Assembly: GCA_951406725.2 (NCBI GenBank)
Contig: OX597820.1
Coordinates: 109,182,001-109,246,000, forward strand
Direction of reading: 5' to 3'
DNA: 64,000 nucleotides
From: Octopus vulgaris
Taxonomy: Eukaryota
Part shown: piece after piece, positions 12,501 to 24,667 of the stretch
Position numbering within the stretch: the stretch's first letter is position 1
Layout of the letters: each line of letters begins with the position of its first letter
Position numbers and translations under genes: made by a program
The notes under the pieces: generated by a model
Databases searched by the model: none
The model's input: only the letters and a program-made list of their open reading frames with translations
What the model was told of the DNA's origin: nothing

Positions 12501-12941
12501 ACTCGGCAGTGACATCCTGGTCTCACACCATGGATCCCATCGGATTGACTCCAAAATTTACAGGGACATGTAAAATGAAATCCCTATCTTAAAAAGTGTC
12601 GTTGCTAGGGCCAAAAACGCACACTTTGACAAGTCTACTCTCATTCTTTTATATGTCTGTCTTTCTCCATCTCTCTCTCTCTTTACTCCCTTCCTTTCAC
12701 CTCTCTATAGCATCATTTGACAGTGTCTACTATCTTTCCCCCGCCGCCTTCACTCTTTCAACCACAGCCTCTCTCTCTCTATCTCTCTCTCTATGTCTGT
12801 CTGCATTCATAGAGAGAATTATTATTGCTACCACTACCACACAGTCATGAGAACAAATATTATGAATCAGATATTTATTGGGTTAATTTATATATATGTG
12901 TGTGTGTGTGGTCTATACATAAATATGTATAGACCACACAA

Positions 12942-13704
12942 ATGACAAGAATGAAGACAATGACATGCAAACACCTACAAAACAAGAAACAGGAGATCCT
13001 GCAGAAAAAGACCAAACTTCCCACGAAAAGAAACAGATTCCGAGCAAACGCTCAAATGAAGAAAGGCCAGTATGTATCCATTACAGGAGCAACAAGTGCA
13101 AACATGGTCTTTCAGGTACAGGGTGCACGTACAGTCACCCCAAACCATGCAAACCATATATCAACTTCGGTACTGATCAAAAAAAGGATGCCAAAATGGC
13201 CGAGAATGTGAACTCCTTCACCCAAAGATGTGCCGCAATTCGCTGAGAAAAAAAGAATGTTTTGGCGAGAATTGCAAATTTATGCACCGGAAGGGTACAA
13301 TTCGCATAAAAACTACTGAACCCACACCACCAGGACCAAGCTCAGCAGGGTATGAAAACCATTTCCCAAAAATGCGGAAACCAGGTCACGGCTCAACAGT
13401 GAATGAAAATCATGCTACTCAATTGCATACATCAGCTGTAACAAACCCAAACTCGCAGAAATTCGATATAGTAATGAATGAAAGCAGTTTTTTAGGCATA
13501 ATCTACCAACTACAACAGCTGTACTCCATACAGATGACTCAGCAAAACCAGGCAACATTGATACAAAGGCTGACACCTGGACTTACAGGGCACATACAAC
13601 AAATACAGACAGCCCAGCAGACCGAATATCCAGTCAGCACAGTCCCAGCAACTACAACAGTCTTGCCAACAATAGGGCAGATGTATCCGGTACAACAAGC
13701 ATAA
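12942..13704 (+). pseudogene. LINE ORF1 remnant with tandem CCCH-like zinc fingers
   Basis: CIHYRSNKCKHGLSGTGCTYSH and CRNSLRKKECFGENCKFMH, then a Gln-rich tail. Frameshifted near 13190. Confidence 0.7.
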
Positions 13705-15803
13705 TAACAGCAAATATCCAGGGTCTTTATCCGAAAACAAAACAGTGTAAAGTCCCTTGCTTGGAAGAATTAGCAACAGAAAACAACTCCAAAATAATTG
13801 GAATTACTGAAAGTCATCTCAACGAAAACATCCGCAACAGCGAAATCACAATCAATAGATTCAACATCTTCAGATGTGATAGACAAGGCAGATCCCATGG
13901 GGGCGTTATCATGTATATCCATGATACCTATGCATGCATAGAACTTGTCAATGAATCAAATGCCTACTGCAACCTGCTGTGCATAAAAATCATCCAACTT
14001 AATACAGTTGTAAAAATAATGTACAGACCGCCAAACAGCCCAACATTATCCTTCACTGAGCCACTGACAAAGCTCCAACAAATTCTGGGAAACATGGCGA
14101 GTCCAATGCCAGACATTATCGTCCTTGGTGACTTCAACTTCCCTAACATCATCTGGCCACATGGACACATACTAAAACTGGGGACAAAAGCTGAACAAAT
14201 ACAGGCAGCCAAACTGTTGGAAGTCACAGAGAAATTATACCTCAAACAAATGATGACAGAAGCAACAAGAAATAATAATACGATCGACTTGGTTTTCACC
14301 AACAACGAGGACACGCTATTTGACCTTCACTCAACCCCAACAATCTTTTCAGACCACAATATTATTGAAATGCATTTACACATTGGTAATGAGCCCAATG
14401 CCACAACTCTTAAACAAAAGGACATGCCAAAGCTATGCAGGTATGATTATCACCAGGCAAATTGGGAAACTACTAACAACCAGGTACAAATCATTGACTG
14501 GGATCTCTACCTTACTGGGCCAGATAAACACAAGAAATTCTTAAACAAGATCGAAGAAATATGTGCAAAAAATATTCCTCTTAAGAAAACCAAATCCACA
14601 AAAAAACCTGTACCACGGGAGCGAAAGATCCTGATGCGCAAAAGGTCAAGACTAAGAAACAAAACATCTAAGCTGACATCAAAACATGAATTACAGAAAG
14701 TCCTTGACCAAATATACAGATTAGAAGACAATCTAAAACAACACTATGATGAAGAACGTAACAATGCAGAAAAGAGAGCCATAGAAAACATCAAGAAAAA
14801 TCCAAAATGTTTCTACAGTTTTGCAAAGAAATACTCGAATACCAAGTCAACAATAGGACCTCTCCAGAGACAAAATGGGGATGTAGTGAATAATCCTATT
14901 GAAATGGCAGAAATGTTGGGTCAACAGTATGAAAGTGTCTTCAGTGAGCCATCTAAAACCATGAAGATCCATGACCCAGGAAAATTCTTCAAGGATATCG
15001 ACCATACTAAACCTACCCTATCCGACATTGATTTCAACCCAGAAGACATAGAAAGAGCCATAGACAAGCTCTCCATGCACTCGGCTGCGGGGTCTGACGG
15101 TTTCAATGCCATGATACTTAAAAACTGCAAGGTACAATTGTTGAAACCCCTTTACATGATATGGAGGGAATCTATGGAGAATGGCAAAATACCAAATACA
15201 TATAAAGAAGCACACATAACTCCAATACATAAAGGGGACAGCAAATCAAAACCAAAGAACTACCGACCAATCTCACTGACATCACACATTATCAAGGTCT
15301 TCGAAAGAATAGTTCGTGGAAAACTGGTTGAGTTCCTGGAATCCAACAATCTGCTGAACTGCAACCAGCATGGATTCAGGTTAGGTAGATCATGTCTTTC
15401 CCAACTACTGGCACACCGTGACCAAATCCTAGAAAATCTAGAGAATGGATACAACACAGATGTTATTTACCTCGACTTTGCCAAGGCATTTGACAAGGTA
15501 GATCATGGCATCCTGGGTCACAAACTTCGAAAGCTAGGAGTAGGAGGAAAAGTTGGTACATGGATACATGAGTTCCTTACAAATAGAACTCAAACAGTCA
15601 CTGTGAATGGAACCCATTCAACACCTTCACCTGTGACCAGCAGTGTTCCTCAGGGTGCAGTACTCGGCCCAATCCTGTTTCTCATCCTCATCTCTGACAT
15701 AGATGAAGATACAACCAGCAACGTCTCATCCTTTGCTGATGACACCAGGGTCATGAGACAAATCAAAGACGAGGTGGATACAGAGGCCTTACAAAGGACC
15801 TGA
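13482..15803 (+). pseudogene. LINE ORF2 (APE endonuclease plus reverse transcriptase), stop-to-stop frame
   Basis: The frame is open from the TGA at 13479-13481 to 15803. It continues in a shifted frame at 15836-16540. Confidence 0.85.
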
Positions 15804-17482
15804 CTACCATATATAAATGGCAGGAAACAAACAACATGTTGTTCAATGATAAGAAGTTTGAACTAATTCGCTACGGAACAGATCAAGATCTGAAAAATAC
15901 AACAAACTACAGAAACCCATCAGGACAACAAATAATGGAAAAACAGTATGCGAAAGATTTAGGCATCCACATGGGAACCAGCCTAAAATTCAGAGAACAC
16001 CTTGACTCAGTCTGTCTTACTGCAAGAAAGTACAGCGGGTGGATCTTGCGCACCTTCAAATCAAGAGATACCTCAACAATGAAAACCCTCTGGAACAGTA
16101 TGATACTTCCGAGGATTGACTACTGTTCTCAGTTGTGGTCACCAACAACAAAGGGCCAACTATCTAAGATGGAATCGCTCCAAAGAAATTTTACCTCATA
16201 CTTCTCAGAAACGAGGGACCTGGACTATTGGCAAAGACTCAAAACCTTGAAGATGTACTCAATAGAAAGAAGATTTGAGCGATACCGAATTATATACATT
16301 TGGAAAATGATAGAGCAAAAGGTGCCAAACTTTGGTATCAAAATCTACCACTCACTGTGCCACGGAAGACGCTGCCAGCTACCACCAATCAACAAAAAGG
16401 CTGGCCAGGCAGCAAAACCCTGCGAGAGTCAAGTCTGTTGGTTCGAGGAGCACAACTATTCAACTCCATTCCGGTACATGTCAGAAATCTATCAGGATGC
16501 AGTGTGGAATCATTCAAATTGCAGCTGGATAGATACTTAAGCACCATTAGAGATGAACCCCATCTCCCAGGATATACACAACGAGCACAAACTGACTCAA
16601 ACTCGCTCCTACACATGTCAAAATTAAACAGAGAATACAACCTGGCAACCACACCAGACTCTGAGGGTGGAGTCTTCGATTTGGCCTGAGCATGGACTCA
16701 AACTCAAATTAAATGAAATGAAATGAAATGTATATATAATGTATATATACAAAGTGTATATATCTGTATTTATATATATGTATATGTATATATATATAAT
16801 TAGTATACATTTGAGAAGTATAATCAGTTGAAAGGAGACAAAAGAGATTTTTTATTTATAAAAATAGGGGTGAAATAAATGTCAGAAGCTCTTCATAAAG
16901 AAATTAAGGTAGAGAGGGGGTTATAATGCCCTAGAAGCTTTTTACTACTATTTGGCAAACAGATTTTGTATTAAGAAAACTAGGTCAATGTCAGATGGTC
17001 ACAGTGACCACCTATATACCAAAAAGTTATAGAGAATACAGAGATCCCTTTATACTTATATACATCAGATTTATACTTAGCTGGTAGGTGTTGAATATTT
17101 TGATACGTTGGATTAAAGGAGAAATTATAAATCTAATATTTATTCATTTTGGAGAAAAATCTATCATTTATTATGAGTAGGCATAATACTCAATAACTGA
17201 GGACAAAAGTCTTATTAATAAAGTGAATATATTAGGGATCAAATATATATATTAGAAAAATTGGAAGAGGAGTAATCAAGATGAATAATTTTCTTAGGTT
17301 TAGTAGGTGATTTATTTTTATGAAGAGAAGTAATTAAGAAGAGTAAGTTACCCAGATTTAGTAGATAGTGAATTGTTATTAATGAATTAAATTATAGAAT
17401 CTGTTAGACATAATATTTACTACCCGCGGCGAAGAGCTAATTAGTTAAATAACTAATTACCTACTAATTAGCTTTTCTCCGC

Positions 17483-17830
17483 TAACGTCCACTTTCCATG
17501 CTGGCATGGGTTGGATGGTTTGACCGAGGACTGGTGAGCCAGAGGCTGCACCAGGCTCATTCTGATCTGGCAAAGTTTCTACAGCTAGATGCCCATCCTA
17601 ATGCCAACCACTCTGAGAGTGTAGTGGGTGCTTTTTACATGCCAGCGGCACGAGGGTCAGTCAGGCAGTTCTGGCAATGACCATGCTCAAAAGGAGTTTT
17701 TACATGCTACTTGCACGGGAGCCAGTCCAGCGGCACTGGCAATGACCACGCTTAAATGTTGTATTTCACATGCCACCAGCACATTTGCCGATAAGGCGAT
17801 GCTGGCAACAATCACGCTGGGATATGCTTC
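17483..17830 (-). mobile_element. RTE LINE 3' UTR fragment
   Basis: aacgtccactttccatgctggcatgggttggatgg..ctacagctagatgccc matches the 3' end of the RTE at 47592. Confidence 0.75.
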
Positions 17831-17839
17831 TTTTAAAGT

Positions 17840-17896
<57 letters not shown>

Positions 17897-18153
17897 ATTA
17901 GAGATAAAACCACTATTAGGCAAATCAAACAGTGAAAAACATAAACCAAAACATAGAAATAAAATTAATTCATATAAAATACAAAATATATAAAATATAA
18001 AATTCAAAATTTAAATAATTTAAATTTAAAGTTAAAAATTTAAAATTATTAATTTATATTTATAAATTTTTATATATATATATTTTTTTATTTTATTAAA
18101 TATATATAACTATCAAAAAGTATAAAAAGTTTGATATAAGATAAAAAATAAAA

Positions 18154-18249
18154 CCACTACGATTGTTTCATGCCCATAACCTAATTCAAATAACAATAAT
18201 TTAAATTCAATTAATAATTTGAATTATGGTTATAGTCAATCTTCAGGTT
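18154..18249 (-). ncRNA. Hammerhead motif with canonical core and long AU-rich stem II
   Basis: AC-CTGAAGA-T-TGACTATAACC-ATAATTCAAAT...ATTTGAATTA-GGTTATGGGCA-T-GAAA-CAATCG-TA-GT. Confidence 0.65.
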
Positions 18250-19606
18250 AATGATAATAGTTAAATAAATAAATATATTTAAACAATATTTTTAAAAAAA
18301 ATAAATAAAATAATAATTTTTCTTATAAAAAACTCTATTATCAAACTAGAAACTTTAACGATTATGATTAAGTCATACAATCGATTATAATGTTAAATAT
18401 TAATTTTTAAGGTAAGAATAGATAGAAAATGTATTTACCTATTCAGGTATAATATGGCTTTTAAAAAAACATAATAATCTAATCACAGTTATAGTCAATA
18501 TCTAATTTACCTAAATATTTAACAAAAAAAATAATCAAAAAAAATAATCACTATTCATATTATTAAATTTAATTTCAAATCAAATAATTATATAATATTT
18601 GAATAATAACTAAATTATCAATGAATATATATAAAAATGTATATAAATATAAGAATTAAGATCTAAAATTATATCTATCAAAAAAATATATATGCACTTA
18701 TAATAAAAACCTAATAAATTAATTATTCATTATTACTTATGAAATATATTAAAAATTAAAAGATTAAAGATGAAAAAGCAAATTGTAAACAAACAAACAA
18801 ACTATCTTAAAAGAACGCTTTAACTAATAAACGATCCATATATCTCGTTGGCTAATTAATAACTTATAAAAACCATATAGTTAAGAACTAAAATGAAATT
18901 AAAAAATACATATCTTCAACAACTAAATACTTAATGAAATTATCAATCCGTAGTTATATAATATCCAATAAATACTACTAATATATTTATCAATGAAAAT
19001 ACTACTACCAATTATCTATATATCTCTTTGGCTAAGTAAAGTCTTACAAATAAACATAGAGTTAAAATCTAATAATTTTATAAATAACTACGATAACTAA
19101 ATCATTACATAACATTCAGTATTTATATAAAATACAAAATTATACAAGAAGACTTATTAAAATATTTAAATTTTAAAATTTAAAAATCTTAAATATAAAT
19201 ATATATTTAGCTTTACAAGGTTTTGTGATGAACTAAAATTTTAAATCGGAAAACTTTTCAGCATTTATAAGAATACTCGTGGAATTACGTTATTAACAAA
19301 AATAGAATAAATTGTTGAAGAATTCTTTAACAGTGAAGAACTAAAAATACGCTTTATCAATGAAAATTATGAATTAAAATTGTCAATGGAAAAAGTTATG
19401 GTTTATCAATAAATGTAAATAGAATGAAGTCACAATTAAAGAATAGAACCACTCTATACTATAGGATTTATTATTAAAATAACTATAATAAATAATACTT
19501 AATACTAAATAAATTAAATAATTAATAACTACTATTTACTATGTAAACTCTAAAAATTTTATAAGATTAATAAATATATATAAAAAAAATTTATATAAAA
19601 AATTTA

Positions 19607-19725
19607 TAGTAACACCTCGACGTACGAGTAAATTCTTTCCAGAGTACGCTTTTATTTTTAAGCTAAAACTCGTGAATAGAACTCAGTGTCTCGTAAAGCG
19701 CTTCTTATAAGGTGAGGTATTACTG
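19607..19725. mobile_element. Possible short MITE
   Basis: Imperfect termini tagtaacacctc / gaggtattactg. Confidence 0.35.
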
Positions 19726-19756
19726 TGTATGTGTATACATATATATATGTATACAC

Positions 19757-20269
19757 ATAGGAACGTCGTATTCACAGAAGTATTGGAGTAAAGAGAAGAC
19801 GTTGCAACCTACACATGCGCCTTCGTTCCCTAGAAGGAAAGGACTAGATCGGGATTAGTCATTGCTTACTAGAGGCTCCTGAGCCCCCTTTTGCTAGATT
19901 TAAGTTAGGATTAGGTAGGGCTTAGCTGTGACCTGAACCCAACTTGGGTTCGGGTGGGGTGTCAAAAGGGCTGGCATGTGCAACCTTATCACCTCTGCCT
20001 GTCAAACTCCCAACCCATGCGCTCCCGTTGCGACACTGATCCCGCAGAACTGGGTTCGGTGTGCTAAACAAAACCAGAAAATGCACTTTGACTGTCATAG
20101 ATTTTCTTCATGCATGCAAGGGAACGGTGCCTTGAATGCCTTAATGCTTTTTAGGCTTCATTTTACAAAATAATGGTTCAATGAGTACAAAAAGCGGTAA
20201 AAAGGTAAAGGGCATTGCTTATCGACAAAGTTTCTTACATACCCGGGCAACACCGGGCTATGCTGCTAG
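19757..20269 (+). mobile_element. Helitron 3' fragment inserted in the PLE 3' region
   Basis: Ends with the hairpin CCCGGGCAACACCGGG, spacer, CTAG|T. The 19840-20060 segment is homologous (inverted) to 55091-55370, which adjoins a helicase remnant. Confidence 0.75.
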
Positions 20270-23200
20270 TTATCATTATAAAAAATATTACATAAAGAAA
20301 ATAAATTGTCCTATACATTCAAAATTAAAACCTTCCTAAATCTATATTCAATAAACCCATTAAATATTTAGTAATAAAATAAACAACTAAATATAATCTA
20401 ACTTTAAGTAAATAAAGAACCTTTAATAACTATAATAGACTAATACAAAACCACATAAAGAATTGGAAACACTACACTACTATAAAGTAATATATTTATA
20501 AAATTATTAAAATATTACATTATTTATTTAGTATAACATATAAAATCATGTAATAAGTATTATAAATCACATACTAAATTTTAGATTAACACTAATACAT
20601 AAATCTACAAATTAGGAACAAAATAGGGTTTAGATATAGTCTTTATTTATCTAGAAACTTATTATATAAGTTAAGTAACCTGTGTCTACATTTTATTTTA
20701 CGCTCATCCAAAGTATTCACTAAATTATTATTCTCAAAATAAAATTTCTTTAAACTCATTAGAACAGAAATAACAATAATTGCCTCCTATACTATATGAT
20801 TTAGCCTTATTATTTCCGACCTTAAATCATACTTAATGCTTTGGGATTTAAGTCCCCATATGTACTTGCTAAGTCCTGTTGAGTTAATTAGGTTTTTATT
20901 TTTAAATGAATGCATATGCTGTGCGATTCTTAATTTTATTTTAGAGGAAGTGGATCCTATATATATTGCGTTTAAGTTATTATTCCTATTATTCTCATTA
21001 GGTAATGTAACTATACATTTATACACTACATCGTTTAAATCACATTTAATATTAAACTAGCACTTACTTTTATCTCTACATGTACAGTTAATGAGTGTCT
21101 TATCTTTATTATTATTGGTATTATTATAAAATTTATTTTTTATAAAAATTATTCAGTTTAAATTTGTTAAAAGAAGAAATAATATTACCTACACTATTAG
21201 TGGTAGAATAACCTACTCCAAAGTTATTACTAGAGAAAATTTTTTTATATTTACGATTATCATGAATAAATTGTTCAATAATATCTAAAATCTCTTTAAT
21301 AATGTTCGTTTTAACTTGAGCACCATAAGGAACAATTAACCAAATTTTATTCTTATTTTTATTCTTTTTATTATTATCACTATCATTCTTCTTCTTCTTC
21401 TTCTTCTTCTTATTATTATTATTATTATAATTAATCATATTATTACCATTATCACTATTATTACCATTACTATTATTATATTTCTTTATAATATTATTAA
21501 ATTTATGATTATAATTATAATTAACATTTAATGTATTAATATTAAAATTTGTCTTATTTTTAATTTTATTCTCATTTTTATTTTTATTTTTATAATTACT
21601 AAAATTACTACTAATATTACTAACATAATTATTACTAATATTTTTATCTTTATTTTTAATAAAACATTTAATATTACTATTATAACCTGCCTCTCTTAGG
21701 GCCTCATTGTAATAAGGTGCATGTTTATTAAAAACCTCTAAATCATAAGAAAGTAATGATATATGTTTACCTATATTATTAATCAATGATTTTTTAATTG
21801 ATGGTGGGTGATTACTATTAACATTTATATATCTAAGGTTTTCATTAAGTTTATCATATGGTTGTGTTTTACCCGTAATTAGATTAAAATTAACATCTAA
21901 ATAATTCTCATTATATATAGTAATATTTAAACCATATCTTTTAAAGAAACTATGAAGTTTTTTCTTATATAATTCTAGGTTTCTATTAGTGCAATTCTTA
22001 GTAATTAATAAAAGGTCATCCCTATATAAACCACCTTCTATTTTTAAATTTTCTAATTGAAGTTCAGATAATAGATAAATACCTACCAAATCCGTAGCTT
22101 GTGCCCTCATAGGTATATCAAAATAGTCCCTAGTATCCTTCCTAGCCCATAATTTATTTTTGTATCTAATAAACGATTTCCTAGTCATTTTAATTACATT
22201 AACCTCTTCAAAAGTCATTCTCACTTTATTCATTGCAAATATAAGAGCCTTATTAAACACAATTTCATTAATAGAAGAATAATAATTATCTATATCTATT
22301 TGAATAAATTTATACCGATTTTTTTCTTTAATATTTTAAAACCAATTTAAAGTATTATTATTACTAAACCATAATTTTAGATAGTTAAGCTTATTTAATT
22401 TATTAATATATTTATCTAAAATGAGTTTATTCAATTTATCAAGGTCTGATGACAAATTAATCTAACTTTAGGGTCTGAATAAAAATTATCTTTATGGTCT
22501 TTCAGAGTAATTCTAGGGTGCATAGGTACATAAGGTTCAGTTTTATTATCCAACTCATAGTTTATCATGACTAATTTAGAGACCTTATTTATAGTATAAA
22601 GTGTACTATCTGGAACAATTTTATATTTTTTAATTATCTCTTTCTCTAAAAGGTTATCATATAATTTAACATCCAATTTATATAGATTCCTAGTTTTATC
22701 TGATTGTACAATAATACCATCCATATTTCTCATTTCTTTAATTCTAATAGCTAAATTTCTTAAATATCTCTTACTCTCTCTTTTATTATCCATTATTTCT
22801 GTTTGGGTATTTATGAAATTTAATGTTTTTCACCACCTTCCAAATATTATCTTCTAAGATCTGTAAATCTCTATTATACGGGGGTTCTTTTTTAGATTTA
22901 AAATTAGAAGTAAAATTATTATCATTCATACAATCATTAAAATTAGATATATTATAGTTATAATAGTAGGCTTTCCATTTAATTCTAGAAACAAAATCCT
23001 TAATATTATTAATAAGTTTCAAAACATATTCTTTTCTAGAGGGTATTGGAATATCCTTCAAAGATGAACTCCAAAATAGTGGTTCTATCTTACCTGTAAA
23101 TTCCATAACTTACGAAATTGAGGTATTACACTCAATAAACGTAATTTATCAATATATTAATTATAATAATAATAATAATATTAGGGAGTAAATCCAAACT

Positions 23201-23409
23201 TACAGGGAAAAATTAGATTTAGGATTAAATCTAATTTTACAGTATAAATATAAATTAAATTAGAGATAAAACCACTATTAGGCAAATCAAACAGTGAAAA
23301 ACATAAACCAAAACATAGAAATAAAATTAATTCATTCATATATATATATATATAGGTATACATATGTATACATATATACGTATATATATATATGTATACA
23401 TATATATGC

Positions 23410-23440
<31 letters not shown>

Positions 23441-23444
23441 CATG

Positions 23445-24083
23445 GAAGAGAGGTCGGATATGTGGGTTGAGCTTCCTTTATGTTATCGAAAGTGGATTTG
23501 TAGTGATTGTTGTGTATGTTAAGGTATTTAAGATATTGGTTAGGTTTGTGGTAAGGGGAGTATTGGGAGGTTGATAAGTTTAGAATTATGTTAAGAAAAT
23601 TAGCAGTTTTGTGAGTGTTTCCGAATGTGATAGACAGGTTTACACCCTCATAGCTTTCTCTCTCTATTCCCATCACCCTCATTCCTTCTACCTGACACTC
23701 CTTTACTCTTTAGCTTCTCATCTCTTTACACTCTTATATCTTTCTCTCTCTATCACCCTCATCTCCCCATTCCTTCTATCAATTTATCTAGAATAGCTAT
23801 TGCTTAACCACTTTCTCACACCATCACCAATGAAGGGATATATAAAATATCCCAGAAACATCTGTAAGAACTTCTATTTATAAATGTTCTGAAATCTTTC
23901 ACAGCCTTGGATTTTTATCTCATTCTCTTAATTTTTTTATATATACACATGCTGATATATGACCTATGTTGGACTCCTCATTCACATAATCACCGAACCT
24001 GGAGCTTAACTACAGTCTGTCAATAGCACTTACTTAGCATTACCTGACACCTTTGGATCTTATTGATACCATTACCTCTCATA
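23445..24083. mobile_element. Penelope fragment (minus) with inverted terminal repeat (plus) carrying an HHR-like motif
   Basis: Minus-strand KTANFLNIILNL..YSPYHKPNQYLKY matches the element at 30770-34606. Plus-strand CCAATGA-A-GGGATAT-ataaa-ATATCCC-A-GAAA-CATCTG-TA at 23824-23869. Confidence 0.7.
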
Positions 24084-24095
24084 ACTTGTATATAG

Positions 24096-24146
<51 letters not shown>

Positions 24147-24149
<3 letters not shown>

Positions 24150-24560
24150 CAAAGACCTGTTGAGGCAAGTGAAATCGAAATCAAATTCGATGACTGGCAT
24201 CCGTGCTAGTGGAACACTAAGAGCACCATCCAAGTATAGTCGTTGCCAGACCGGCAAACTGGCGTTCGTGCCAGTGGCATGTAAAAAGCACCAGTTGAGT
24301 GTGATCATTACCAGCATCGCCTTACTGGCACTTGCTTCGGTGTGCAGGTGACATGTAGAAAAAGAAAAAAAACCCAATTTTTTTGTGGTCGTTGCCAGTA
24401 CCGCCTGACTGGCCCTCATGCTGGTGGTCCGTAAAAGCACCTATTACACTCTCAGAGTGGTTGGTGTTAGGAAGGGCATCCAGCTGTAGAAACTCTGCCA
24501 GATCAAGATTGGAGCCTGGTGCAACCCATGCTAACATGGAAAGCAGACGTTAAATGAGAT
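24147..24560 (+). mobile_element. RTE LINE 3' UTR fragment
   Basis: Ends ggaaagcagacgttaaatga. Homologous to 47592-48080. Confidence 0.8.
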
Positions 24561-24667
24561 GTTTACATATGTATATATGTATGTATGTGTGTGTGTGTGT
24601 GTGTATATGTATATATATACACACATATACACATACATATATATTTATGTGTACATATATGTATATA

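Larger units (their letters stand above)
12930..16730 (+). mobile_element. CR1/L2-group LINE, near full length: ORF1 remnant plus EN-RT ORF2
   Basis: ORF1 has Cys/His finger repeats. ORF2 has NIQGL, GITESHL, YRPPN, GDFN, SDH (APE endonuclease) and NYRPISL, QHGFR, DFAKAFDKV, VPQG, FADD (RT). One frameshift near 15800. Tail (AAATG)n at 16711-16730. Confidence 0.93.
17888..23335 (-). mobile_element. Near full-length Naiad-like Penelope element with direct terminal repeat
   Basis: Broken ORF from 23106 to about 20700: SLKDIP, SDKTRNLYK, ITLKDHKDNF..PKVRLI, GGLYRDDLL, SNHPP, CTCR..C, YIGST, STGLSKYIW. About 86 bp repeated directly at 17888-17973 and 23250-23335. HHR at 18154-18249. (TA)n flanks. 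Confidence 0.9.

Noticed and set aside
21000-21130. Selenocysteine recoding in a Naiad-like PLE
   Set aside because: The Cys positions here are TGT/TGC and the in-frame stop is TAG, not TGA. No UGA was seen at these Cys positions in the other two elements either.
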